This document shows positions 1 to 12,183 of a DNA stretch of 43,344 bases, one piece after another. Positions within the stretch are counted from its first letter, which is position 1; the number at the start of each line of letters is the position of its first letter. A program made the position numbers and the translations under genes. Under the pieces are notes generated by a model, which ran no database searches, was not told the origin of the DNA, and was given only the letters and a program-made list of their open reading frames with translations. Where the stretch lies: contig JNEM01008146.1 in the NCBI GenBank assembly GCA_000697335.1, positions 1 through 43,344 on the forward strand, in the 5' to 3' direction. This DNA is from Conidiobolus incongruus B7586. Lineage: Eukaryota.

Positions 1-21
1 TATATATATATATATATATAT
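1..21. repeat. (TA)n microsatellite at window start
   Basis: tatatatatatatatatatat read directly; may extend beyond the window edge. Confidence 0.9.
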
Positions 22-550
22 CATTTATTTATAATGTTATAAAATGTAAATCTAAGAAAATAGAATATATTTATAAAATTGTGTAAGATACTAATATAGA
101 ATAATGATTTTTTATTAATCAATCGATAAAAATGTAAACATAATATTAAAGCAAGAAAACCGTGCATAAAAGTTTGATATGGTCAGGTTCAAAAAAGGAA
201 TTGATCATTAACTAAGATGAATGCTTAAGGTTTTAATTCCGACTGCATTAAACGACTCACACAAATTCATTAATTATGATGAAAACCACTGTTTTATAAA
301 TGTGTAGAGATCGCCAAAACTTTGAGCAACGCTATGCATTATAATGAATAAGATACATTAATAGTAAAATAGCTGAGTAATTTAGAATTTATTTTATTCA
401 GATTGTTAAATATAGTTTTTTAAATATAGAATACCAATGTAACACATTAGTATGCGATTTTTTGGATCTTATTAATTGGTTAGTAAAAATACAGGTGACT
501 ACAGTACAAAGGTTCATAATGTAAAGTGATATACTTTACCGAAAAGTGAT

Positions 551-1261
551 TTAGAAATAGCAAGGAGTTCTTCCTGATTTGCTGCAATAGGTAGTAGAGA
601 GGGAATCATTGGAATAATTGGGGTTCCAGTCATCTACCCATGAAGCGGGAGGTGTATCTAGAGGTGATTCTGAAATATTGCACTTTTGAGCAGGATGAAT
701 TATTTTTTCGCACTTTTTACTTTTGAGGTTGAGTAGATTGCATAAGGTTTGAGATTTAGCAGCATCTCTGCGAGCTTTAGAAGCACACTGGCGCATCATC
801 TCAAGGGCTTCAGGAGATTGCATGACGTCGCAAGCTCTGGACATGGCCATGCGAATTTCAGGATCGTTCCAAAGTTCAGAGGGATCTCTACAGAAGGATT
901 GGTTGGATTTTTGATATTGATTTAATTTGTGGGCAGCATCGCGGAAGATGAATGCATCGTTTGCCTGTAAGGTCTTCGATTTAATAGTCTTTTTATTACC
1001 ATTACAGTCCTCTTGATGGTGATATTTGATATCATCTTCGCTGGCCTGTGGTTGGTGTTGGGACCTTTCGGTTTCATTTTGCGTATTATCTTTATTTACA
1101 TCATCAATTTTAAACAAGGAAGAGGCAGGTAGCAACTGAGAGTCGGTAGAACTTGTTGAATCAGTTGAGTTGGATCTGGATGTTGAAATAGAGGTAGAGG
1201 AACGGTTAATATGACTGGCCAAAGCAAGAGCGGCAGCTAAACGAAAATCCATTTGTGACAT
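551..1261 (-). CDS. hypothetical protein, 236 aa, Ser/Thr-rich and largely low-complexity
   Basis: Uninterrupted ATG-TAA ORF, clearly GC-richer than its flanks; no family motif recognised. Confidence 0.7.
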   Translation of the reverse strand: MSQMDFRLAAALALASHINRSSTSISTSRSNSTDSTSSTDSQLLPASSLFKIDDVNKDNTQNETERSQHQPQASEDDIKYHHQEDCNGNKKTIKSKTLQANDAFIFRDAAHKLNQYQKSNQSFCRDPSELWNDPEIRMAMSRACDVMQSPEALEMMRQCASKARRDAAKSQTLCNLLNLKSKKCEKIIHPAQKCNISESPLDTPPASWVDDWNPNYSNDSLSTTYCSKSGRTPCYF

Positions 1262-4080
1262 AGTTCAAAGTTTCAAATATTAATCACAAATAGAGACTAA
1301 ATAAGATGAAATGAATGGGAAAATCAAATCAACTAAAGAATTCACAAGGAAATATAAACAAACAATAATTATTGATTAGTAGCTCTAAAGGAATACGAAA
1401 GCTATTTATATCCTTTCATTTTGCTTGAATTTGATGTCAAAGACTTTATTAGCGCTTTTTAATTCATTTAAATCTAAATTTCATATTGCCAATATAATTG
1501 GTGGGCGATGATATCATAATACACCTTGGAATTAAAAATTATTTCCAGTTTACCCAATCACAAGCGATGAGAATAAAAAAGGACTTTCCAAATTTAGAAT
1601 ATAATTGATTTCAAACCTAATCCCAACACATCAAAATTATTAATCCTACTTTACTCACAAATAACCATTTTAAATTCAATGACTCAACCTATGATATCAT
1701 TTTTGAAATCATTATCCATTTATACATTCAACATTTTCAATGATCATGAATTTCTAACTTCTTTTCATTTAGTCCATGAATCATCGCAACGAAGAACATA
1801 ATTCAATACATGATTTAATGATTCAAAAATAGGTCATCATCCATAATAGAAATTAAATACTTTTGACATATTAATACCATTTAATTAGTGTTATATTGAT
1901 TTCATAAATTTGCAAAAGGAACAATATATCATAATTTGAATTAATCCTAAACTTGCAGAGTTTTTGGTACATTATCACATCTTAGTCCTTATCAAGTGAC
2001 CACATTCGGTCGGAATTATTGACAATATTTAATCAATATAGTCAAGACATACCATTGTTTCATATATGTTTATTTTTAATCTAAAAATATATAATTCTTT
2101 TGATCGTCTATATTGATCAGAAATGAATGTTTTTTATTATCATAACTCTGATTTTGCAGAATGTAGAAACATAAATGTCTAAACTTGAATTTAAAAAATC
2201 AAACTAATATATGATTGATATCAAATTAGAGTATGATAATTAACTGACTTAACACAACTGATGAGTTTTTTGATCTCTTTTAATCATATTCAATAACAAA
2301 CTTGTAATAATTTCAAACGTATCAGAATTAAAGGGATTATTTCTTCCAAGTATAATAAATAAAGTAAATGAAATCATCCAATCTTATAATAATTAGAATC
2401 TTAATAAATCAAACTAAACCATGAGAATTAAGGCTTATAATCCCTAATAAGGCAAATATGATCAAAGATCCGAGAGATCCCATAAGATATGTATTTTATA
2501 CTATATAATATGAAATATTCTGGATTATTTCTAAATTGGTAATAAATTTCAGCAATTGATCTGAATTAGTCAATTATGTAAGATTTAATTAATGGTTTCG
2601 AGTATTGATTAATTAATGAATTCATATTTTCATTATTGATATGTTTTAGATATTTGTCATAGTACTCAGCTTTAATAATTTTAACAGTATCTTGATCCAA
2701 ACTTTATCTTTTTTCAAATCATCATCTTATTGATTGATCAAGCTTTAATCAATATCCTGTCGCTTGATATAATGGGATAATTGTTCAAAAATATTATGTT
2801 ATATGCTATAATTATCGTAAGAATTCTTTGTTAAAAATAATTTTTAAAATTGATTATAATTTCAAATATATTCAATGAATTATTTCAAATTTATTATAAT
2901 GAATTCAATTAATAAAATAAAGAATAGTCATGAATTAATTGATATTTTAAAAATGAAATAGTGATATCATCATATGAATTGCATGGATTATTTTTTTACT
3001 GATTACCTATCACAGAATAAATTAAACTTATATTTATTTTTGTTATTAAAATTGATAATCTAAGATCAATATAGTATAATAATAACATATTTTTAATAAG
3101 ATACATAATAATCACAATCTAAATATAAATTTATTCACTCGACTTTCAATATTTAATTATAATAATTGACAAAACTAAAATTTTGAAGATTATTTTAATG
3201 AGGTGGATAAATTGCTTACCAGATTGAACTTACTAAATTTGGTATAATTTGAATTTTTCATTTGAACTAATTTGGAAATTACCCAATTTACAATAAATCA
3301 AAACACTGTTTATAGAAAAAATATCGCAGTTTTTAATTATTAATTATTATAATCAGGATGAACTATAAACAACAGTTTATGATATTCTGCGCTCATTTTT
3401 TAGACTAATTAAGCCAATTATTTTGAACAAAGTATAAAAATTATTCTTATCAATCCTAAATATTTTATTAAATATAATTATATACTAAATAAAGGAATAT
3501 TAGTTAAAAATATAAATTATTAAATATATTATTATTTTTTTTATATTTTAAAATGTTAATAAATCGAAAGTTTGTTTAATTATCTCCGAACCAAAATTGT
3601 ATTCAGCCTTTTGAATGTATATTTTTAATAACATACAGTTTTTGTAATGATATCTATCCATTTAATTTTTTGTATTCAACCATGTATTTGTGCTTATAAA
3701 TATAAATACAATGTTGAGTGAGTAAAATAAACATTAAATCATCAATGTAATACTATCGATTGAAATTTATATCAAGTTAATATTACTGTTTAATATTTCT
3801 GGTCAAAAGTATATTGAAGTGATATTAAAAAAAATAGAATAATATAAAATAAGTATATTGTTACCAAAAATGAGTATGAAATCATTGGGAAAAATCTAGA
3901 AATTCCCTCAAATTGATTAGTAATCAATCCCATAATATTTATTCTTTCAGATAAAATCTAAATAATTTATCATTGATCAACATTTATAATAATTAAATTC
4001 AAATTAATAGAAATATAAAAAAATTTTATTAAATAAACAATTTATATTATTTAAATTTCAAGTATAAATAACTTTACAAT

Positions 4081-4494
4081 ATGTCATATTCTAGAAAAGA
4101 CGGAGACGATATAATTGTTTTTTACGATGAAGAAAGTTATCAGAAAATTCAAGAAGATCATCCTCCAGAATCTTTAGTTGAACCCAATTCAGTTGTGAAC
4201 CCAGAAACTGGTGAATTCAACTGGGACTGTCCCTGTCTCGGCGGGATGGCAGATCCTCCATGTGGATCTTTCTTTAAAGAAGCGTTCACCTGTTTTTATT
4301 ATAGTGAAGCCGAACCTAAAGGTATTGATTGTGTAGAAAAATTTCAAGAAATGCAAGCTTGTTTCCGACAATTTCCTGAAATTTACGCCAACGAAATTAA
4401 AGACGACGAAGAAGCTAATAAAGCTTTAAATGATACTATTCCTGATCAAAATGATACTAATGAAACAATAACAAAAGAAGATAAAAAAGAATAA
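4081..4494 (+). CDS. MIA40: mitochondrial intermembrane-space import oxidoreductase Mia40/CHCHD4, short soluble form
   Basis: NWDCPCLGGMA redox CPC motif followed by twin CX9C (CGSFFKEAFTC, CVEKFQEMQAC); single exon. Confidence 0.96.
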   Translation: MSYSRKDGDDIIVFYDEESYQKIQEDHPPESLVEPNSVVNPETGEFNWDCPCLGGMADPPCGSFFKEAFTCFYYSEAEPKGIDCVEKFQEMQACFRQFPEIYANEIKDDEEANKALNDTIPDQNDTNETITKEDKKE

Positions 4495-5955
4495 AAACAA
4501 CGTATTTATTTAAAAATTAACAAATCATATAATTTATTAATGCCAGTTTTATTTAGATTATTTATATTACAATATTTTGAAATTGGATTATATCTATCTA
4601 AGTAATAATATAATATAATTAAAACACATCTATTTTATGTATTTTCATTTTTTTCGATATTTTTATATTAGTAATATCCAGATTAATATAAAATAATTCG
4701 GGTCAACAGATGATTTTTGAAAATGATTAACAAGATTCAAATTTAATTTAGGGTAAATTTGATTGTTGCAAGCATTTTTTAAATTTATTTATCAATGTAA
4801 TCATCTTTAATTTATTAATTAAATATTAGAAAGTAAAGTATATAGAATTATAGATTGAATAGAGTTTATTAAAATATAATATTCTATATTAATATAAGGA
4901 AATGGCTCTCTTTAATTTCTTATTACTCAGCTTTTCTATTTTGAAAATTAAATTTCAAATTTTTAGTATGTGAATTATAGATATATCAAAATATAATATA
5001 TAATTAAATTTTAGTCAATTGCCAATCTTATTATGAAAAATATTTAAATAAATCTAATTATTAAATTATCATTATTTTTTATTTGACATATACAATGATA
5101 TACTAGATCAATCTAAATTCCAATCTTAACTAATAAATTGAATAATTTGAATGACTGTATAGTTCATATTTAAGGTTCCAATATTAATAAACTCAAAGAA
5201 TACTTAACTGCGTTAACTTTTAAATTTTAAAAATTACTGATATCTTAAAAATTATTCATTTATTAATTATTACTAATATGTAGCTGAAATTAATTACTAT
5301 AAGCATCAAAAACATTAAAGAGATAAAACAAATGACTTGAATAGTGTATAATATTAATATTCAATATTAACCAATAGAATAGCCATTTAATAAAAAATAC
5401 CTGATATTTTTCATAGTATTGTAAGCTTGGGCTCATGTAATTTCATAAAATCATCCGAATTTAAAATGAAATTAAGGTGTGATGATAGGTTAATATCACT
5501 AGTTATAATAAATAGTTACACAATTATAGTTATGATCATTTCAAATTCTGTTAAGAAATACTATTTAAATATTGCCAAACTTATGCTCAATATATACCAA
5601 TAATATTCTAATAATCAAAATTTATAGATAACTAATCCATATCAATTAGAAGAGGTTATAAATATCATTGCCATATAAAATTAATAAAATTGCATATGAC
5701 TAATATAACATAATTATCAATATTGAGCAGAAAACGATATTCAATTGAATTTGGCAACCTAAGAGTTAAGCCAAATTACCTCCAATTACTCTATTAACAA
5801 TTTCATTGCAACCAAATTCACTATCCTTACGCCCATTATTTTGTATTGGGCTCAGAGTTTACAATATATATAATATTTGTAGTATTTGATGAGATCAATA
5901 GTTTATCATAATTTTAATAGCATTATTATATTATAATTAATCTAATTTTTATATA

Positions 5956-6729
5956 ATGAAACTGTCTTGGCTCTTTATTATTTCTATAATATCTCCTTTA
6001 GCTAGTATTTTTATTGGTAATTAATTTATAAAATATAATAATTTTATATTATTCTTAAAAAAATTATTTTGCATAGATTTTAACAACCCTAACAAACTGG
6101 TAAGGAGGGATGATTTCGATATGGATTTTCTCAGGTCTATAGATTCTGACACTTTAATCAGACTCCTGTTTGAATTCTGGTATAATAATATCTATAAACC
6201 TAATCAAAATCAGCCTTCTGAAGAAAATCCACCTCCTCCAACGTCAGAACCTAGTCCTGAGACTAATGAGCAATGTAAAAGATTATTCTCACCAGATGAA
6301 CCTTGTGAGCTCGCTTCAATTAGACAAAAAGCTGATTTTTATACTGAAGTTAACCAGTCCAAACCCGAAGATCAAAGAGGTCAATGTACAGAGTGGGTAG
6401 ACGGCAGATACCACCAAATGTTTGGAACTCATTTCGCTTTCAATGGATCTGCCTACACATTTGCTGACCAAGCTAAAGAAACTGGAGAATATTACGTCGA
6501 TGTGGTTCCTACCGTGGGCAGTGTCCTGGTTCTCCCTGCCAATGTCTTAGGAAGTTCAGAAGATGGGCATGTAGCAATTGTTGAAAAAGTGTATAGTAAT
6601 GGCGAAATTTGTACATCAAATTGGAATGCACCAACTCAAGGTGTATTAACTATGAAAAGATTTACAGTTGATACAAATGTAATGCAATTCGTTCACCATA
6701 AACAAGCACCCGCATTAGAATGCAACTAA
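5956..6729 (+). CDS. secreted CHAP-domain (Cys/His-dependent amidohydrolase/peptidase) protein, 2 exons
   Basis: Exon 1 5956-6016 encodes MKLSWLFIISIISPLASIFI (signal-peptide-like). GT..AG intron 6017-6076. Exon 2 6077-6729 joins in frame with the listed ORF. CHAP motifs GQCTEWV, PTVGSVLV, GHVAIVEKV, SNWN. Confidence 0.85.
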
Positions 6730-6809
6730 TAAATTTGATACTAATCATTTCATCATACTTGAAATTTTATTAATATTTTTTCATATACATTATATTATTT
6801 TATTTAACT

Positions 6810-7160
6810 TTAGTAAACAGGGGGATTGGGAGGAGGGTACATTAAAATAGGCGGAACTGGACGAAATATTTGAAATGCGGCGCGGAGATGGTTGGCGGCA
6901 TCATTTTGATACAATTGGTTAACTTGATCCGAGTTCAATGGAGTGTAGTAGTTGTTACCAGCTTCATTTTTGTAGGTATAACCATTAGGATTGGTGACAG
7001 AGGATGTGCCGTATGCAGTGCCCCAAGCTTCGCCTTTGGGATGGCCAGTTCCATCATCGACATACGAGGAGCTATATGATGTGGACTTGGAAAAGGAGGT
7101 GGTCAAAGGAGTGGCTCCCATAACCATGGTCAAAAAGCTGATTAAGTCAACTACTCTCAT
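6810..7160 (-). CDS. small putative secreted protein, 116 aa, Ser/Thr/Tyr-rich with Pro-rich C-terminus
   Basis: GC-richer ORF with hydrophobic N-terminus MRVVDLISFLTMVMGA; no Cys; no family recognised. Confidence 0.7.
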   Translation of the reverse strand: MRVVDLISFLTMVMGATPLTTSFSKSTSYSSSYVDDGTGHPKGEAWGTAYGTSSVTNPNGYTYKNEAGNNYYTPLNSDQVNQLYQNDAANHLRAAFQIFRPVPPILMYPPPNPPVY

Positions 7161-9934
7161 ATTCCAATAAATAATAAATAAATAAAAATTAAATTAAGCT
7201 ATACTAATCTGACTTCAGTTTAATGAGAGGAGTACATTGAACAGTATTTATACTACCATTAATGAACTCCTATGAATTTGAGAATGTTAATTGAATCAAA
7301 TATATTGAATATTTATAAATCCTTAAACACATTCCAAATATCCAGCACTTTTCAAACTCTAAAATTCCAACAATTTAATTCAGATATATGAAAATTTAAG
7401 GTGATATTCATTTTCTTACACTATTATCTCAATACTTAATGAAATGTACAAAGATTGATTCAAGTTTTAGATTTTGGTTTATACTTGGTAATATTCGTTA
7501 ATAAATTACCCAATAATCTAGGTTTTTTAATTGTTTTGACTCAGTTTTAATTTGAAACTTATTTTGATTATAAACATAAGGTTAAACCAAATACCAATTG
7601 TCGCTTCAATTTCATTTCCCAGTCAAAGAATTAAAAATTATAATTTAATAATTTTATAAAATTTAAAACACTAATTAATAATATATCAAATATTTATGCA
7701 ATGCTTAAAATATTCGTGTATTATTAACATATAATTTTAGTAAAAATCAATATATAGATATCAAAATAATTTTTTCAAATCATATAGTTTTAGCCCAACT
7801 ATGTTTTGTAAAATGAATAGAATACAATTGATATAAATATTTGCTATTTTCATAAATTCTCTAATTGATTGACTAAATATTTGATAATACAAGTTTCTTG
7901 GTAATTTTTAATTGGTTTAAATTATTAATTTGAATGATTTTGACAATGTTAAATACAAGTATTCTCTACATGGTAGTCGAATATGTACAAAAGATTTACT
8001 ATTCAGTAAGACTTGAACATGATTTTATAAAATTGTTAAAAAGGACTATCATAAATACTGTATTATATATAATATGATAATAGCTAAGTTGGTGGATGCT
8101 AAATAAACATATATACAAACTCATTTTATTGATTATACCTTAAAAATCTATTGAGACAAAATTATAAATAATATAAAATTGGTGAATTAATAATATTTTT
8201 ATAAATATTTAAAGAATATTTTGTATTTGTAATAAATAATGTAAAAGTTAAAAGGTAATTGCTAGGATATAAATAATCCTGTATTTTGTTAATGCCATAT
8301 CATATATATTCTGGAATTCAAAATCTTATATAATTGACATCAAATGAAAATACTACACATAGATAAGGCTTGAAGTATTAAAACATAAGAAAATGGATTA
8401 TAAAGGTAACCGAAAAACCAAATATATATGTCCAATTTGAATCTAAACTTACTTGAGAGAGGCAAAACTTTATAAGCATGAATCCTGGCAACATTGAAAT
8501 TAGCTTTAATATAGTGGAAATATTGCGTGTTTTGCTCTTTACTGACAAGATGGGATAAATAATGACTCATGAATCGGCATTGAAGATCAATTAAGACACT
8601 AACGGTTGATATCACTTTACTGGTCAATTGTGACTGCAATTTTAGAAAATTATTCTCAATTAAATGTTAAGTATCAACTAAAACCCAAAACAATTAATTT
8701 CATATCATCATTATCAAAATTTAAATAATATGATTTTTCCAAATAATACAGTTGAGAATATACCACCTATCTAAAATATTTCATTGTTTGGGGTATTAAT
8801 AAACCGTTTTTCAAGTATATTTAAAATTAGAATAATTTGAATATCTCTTATTAGAAAATAATTATAAAATTTGAATCCAAATTAACTTTTTAATTAAATA
8901 TATAATAATAGATATTAAACATGGGATTTTATATTTTAATATTGAATATTTTAAGATTTTAATAAAAATATTAAGAGTTGGAAGAAAATTGAACATTAGT
9001 TAAAGCGAGAGCATATTTAATAGTCATTAAAACATTTTTGAACGTCTTATATGATTCAAAACTATATAATATCAATTGTTAAAGTCATAATTGTTATTTT
9101 TCTAATTTTATTAAGGAATAATATTGATTATTCAAAAACACAAATACATATATACATCAAATTAATCAAAATTTTTAATGGATAAATTATATTCAAATCA
9201 CTAACCATCTAAAAATCAAATTTTATTACTAAAATCATTAGATAAAAATTACAATATTAATGTGTATATTGAATTTTTCAAAATGATAAAATATTGTAAT
9301 AATTTTTATAATTATAGATTTAAATATTTAAAAAAATTTAATAGTATATTTCTAAATATTCTATTATGAACATAAATATATATTAATCTACAGTAATTAA
9401 AAAATATTAAGTTTGAATAATCTTTAAATCCCATTTTCGATGAATCTAACATTCTATCTATCTCTTATGTTTACACTAACTAATTGCATTGACGTCATAT
9501 CTAGTACTACTATAGTGGGAAAATATATGTATGTTGAATATTATGATAATCATCCTTTAGCCACAAACGGAGGTTTGATCCCACCTAATTATAGTTATTA
9601 ACAATTTACAATTTCAATCACTAACCTTGAAATTTGATAGGTAAATGATTAACCTTTAAATATTTTAAAAATTTTTTTAGTGGAATATAAATGAATAACT
9701 ATTAATATAATTGAATTGAAATATTTTAGATTATTAAGACATTAATGAACTTGTTAAATCCAATTAATTTCAATAGTTGTAAAAATTTTTTCTATTCATT
9801 TGGTAATTGTTAAAATTATATAGGTTAGAATATATTATATGTTTAATTAATGGAAAATGAAATAAATAATACCAAAAATAATGACGATTTATTATGTAAA
9901 AGTAGAATTAAAGTGATTATTTTATTAAGTAAAT

Positions 9935-11808
9935 TTACATTCCCATTGAAAATTGTCTAGAATATTGCATTGGTTTAACAGGTGGGTGAGGCTAAATAAA
10001 ACATTAGTAAATAAAGTTAATAAAAAATATATATTAATACTTACCACAGCGTCAAATTTGAAGTACTTAACATTGAGATCGGGAGTAATATGGATGTAAG
10101 CACCTTTGTTACCCACGGAGTCACAGTAATTAGGAGCTGAAAATACTGTGACACATTTGCCGTCGTGATCGATAGTATAACCTTCGTCCTTAACTTCATG
10201 GCTTCGAATGATCATCTTAAGTCCATTCAAGTCACAAAATGCTTTGGTGACGTCGGGACCGAATTGAACACCAACTCCTCGCTTGTTCCTAGCACGTCCT
10301 AATTCGGGTTGAGGGTCTGACCACAATAACTCACACATGAGACTCTCGGAGGGAGGTTGGCAAAATCTGTTGATGCTTCGGATGTCTTTAAGTGTTACAC
10401 CATCTTTGGAGAATAAACCACCGTGAATGACAAGAATCTTCTCTTGAATCAAATGGGCTAAGGGAAGAGCATCGAATGTTTCAGAAAATAAGTTGAATAA
10501 CATCTCATTGAACTTGGCTTTAACTTCTCCTTCAAAACCATATACTTTGTTCATATCGTTAGTTTCATGATTACCACGGTTGAGGAAGAAGGAGTTGGGA
10601 TAGAGCCATTTATAAGCGAGAAGTGTGAATATAACTTCTACGGAGAAGGAGCCACGATCGACAAAGTCTCCGTTAAAGAGGTACATATTCGTTGTGCTAG
10701 GTTTACCGTTGAGTTCAAAGATATTAAGCAAGTCATAATATTGACCTATTAAGGGTTAAGTTTAATATTTAGAATTTATTTGATGTAATATTTGTAAATA
10801 TTTACCATGAACATCACCACAAACAGTAATTTTGGAACCTTCAGGAATTTGAATATCGACCAAAGACTCCATCTTTGTGAACATGTCTTTACAAGCTAAC
10901 ACAATCTAAAAAGAGATTTGAATATTTGAAGGTATTTAATTGAATGATATGAAATTACTTGATAGGCGATTTTACGATGAATTTTCTTTTGATTCTTGAA
11001 TCTTTCAACAAGATCATCTACAAACTTTTCAGTAATTCCAACTTCGGGATCAATTAATTCACCATCATAAGTAGGTTCAATTTCTAATAATGTATATGTA
11101 TTAATAAAATAATATTTTTATTATGAAATATGATATTACCTATAGAATTAATGTCTAAAGAATCTGCAACAGATCTTTTATCTTGATCAGTCTAATTTTA
11201 AAAAAAGAATCAATTATACTATAAAATGAACTAAAGTTTAAATTACTTGAATAGCTTGTTCAAATAAAATTCTCTTATATAATTTTTCACACTCTATTAA
11301 CTTTGTTTTGGCAACTGCATCATTTGGATTTAATTTATTAACCTAATTATTGATTTTAGTTATATATATTACCAATTTTATTATATTATTTACAATTCTG
11401 AAATCTCTTAAACTCTCTTTGACGTGATAAAGTGCTAAATTAGCTGTAGCTCTACGATAATAAGCCTAAAATAACTGTGTTCATATTATATATATTAGAA
11501 CAATATATAGGTATCTACCTTAACAAACTTAGAATCTAATTCAATAGCTTTATCAGCGTCTTCAATAGCAGCGCCATAAGCTTCAGTTTTAATATAACAG
11601 AAAGCTCTGTTAGTATAATAGGATGGGACGGTATTATTTAAATCGATCGCTTGTGAGTAAAATTTAATAGCTTCATTATACTTATTTTCTAATATAAATT
11701 TAGTAACTGCGATTTGCTTATGTAAAATTAAATACGTTTAAAGAGCTCGTTAGCTTGGTTTTTTAATTTTTCGGCATTCTCAATATTATTTTGATTTAAT
11801 TCACTCAT
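9935..11808 (-). CDS. PPT1: serine/threonine protein phosphatase 5 (TPR repeats + PPP catalytic domain), 9 exons
   Basis: Exons 11808-11736, 11688-11519, 11465-11394, 11342-11247, 11191-11140, 11083-10959, 10905-10806, 10745-10045, 9991-9935, all GT-AG. TPR start ([19 protein letters not shown]), motifs GDVHG, GDFVDRG, RGNHE, SAPNY, and C-terminus [10 protein letters not shown]. Confidence 0.95.
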
Positions 11809-12183
11809 CACTTTAATAAATAGTAATTAATTAAATAGATTTAATTATTCAAAAATAATTTTTAATATAAATTTGAGTCATTTTGATTAGATTTTAATCA
11901 TTGATTTTATATTAAGTCAACAAAATTCAAAAAATTTATGGGTTAGACTAATAAGATTTAATACTGAAAATAAAATTTGATTAGATAATTTTATTGAAAA
12001 TTGAATAATAATTTAATCAATAATAAAAAAATATGATTAAAATTAGAGCAACTTGAAAAAAGAATATGAATGATATAAATTAAATTCTACCAAATGAATA
12101 GTAATGAAAGATTAGCTGAATTTTTGCTCGGTTTTTGAATATGAGGTCAGGAGCGCAAATGTTACACACATCTCTTAGTCGAA

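Noticed and set aside
2340..2790. Minus-strand stretches with few stops and a hydrophobic segment (YLMGSLGSLIIFALLGII) suggesting a decayed gene
   Set aside because: No recognisable motif; AT-rich DNA readily yields I/L/F/Y-rich translations.
9501..9594. tRNA-like A box (TACTATAGTGG) and B box (GGTTTGATCCC)
   Set aside because: Acceptor and anticodon stems do not pair convincingly; at most a decayed tRNA. tRNAscan-SE would decide.
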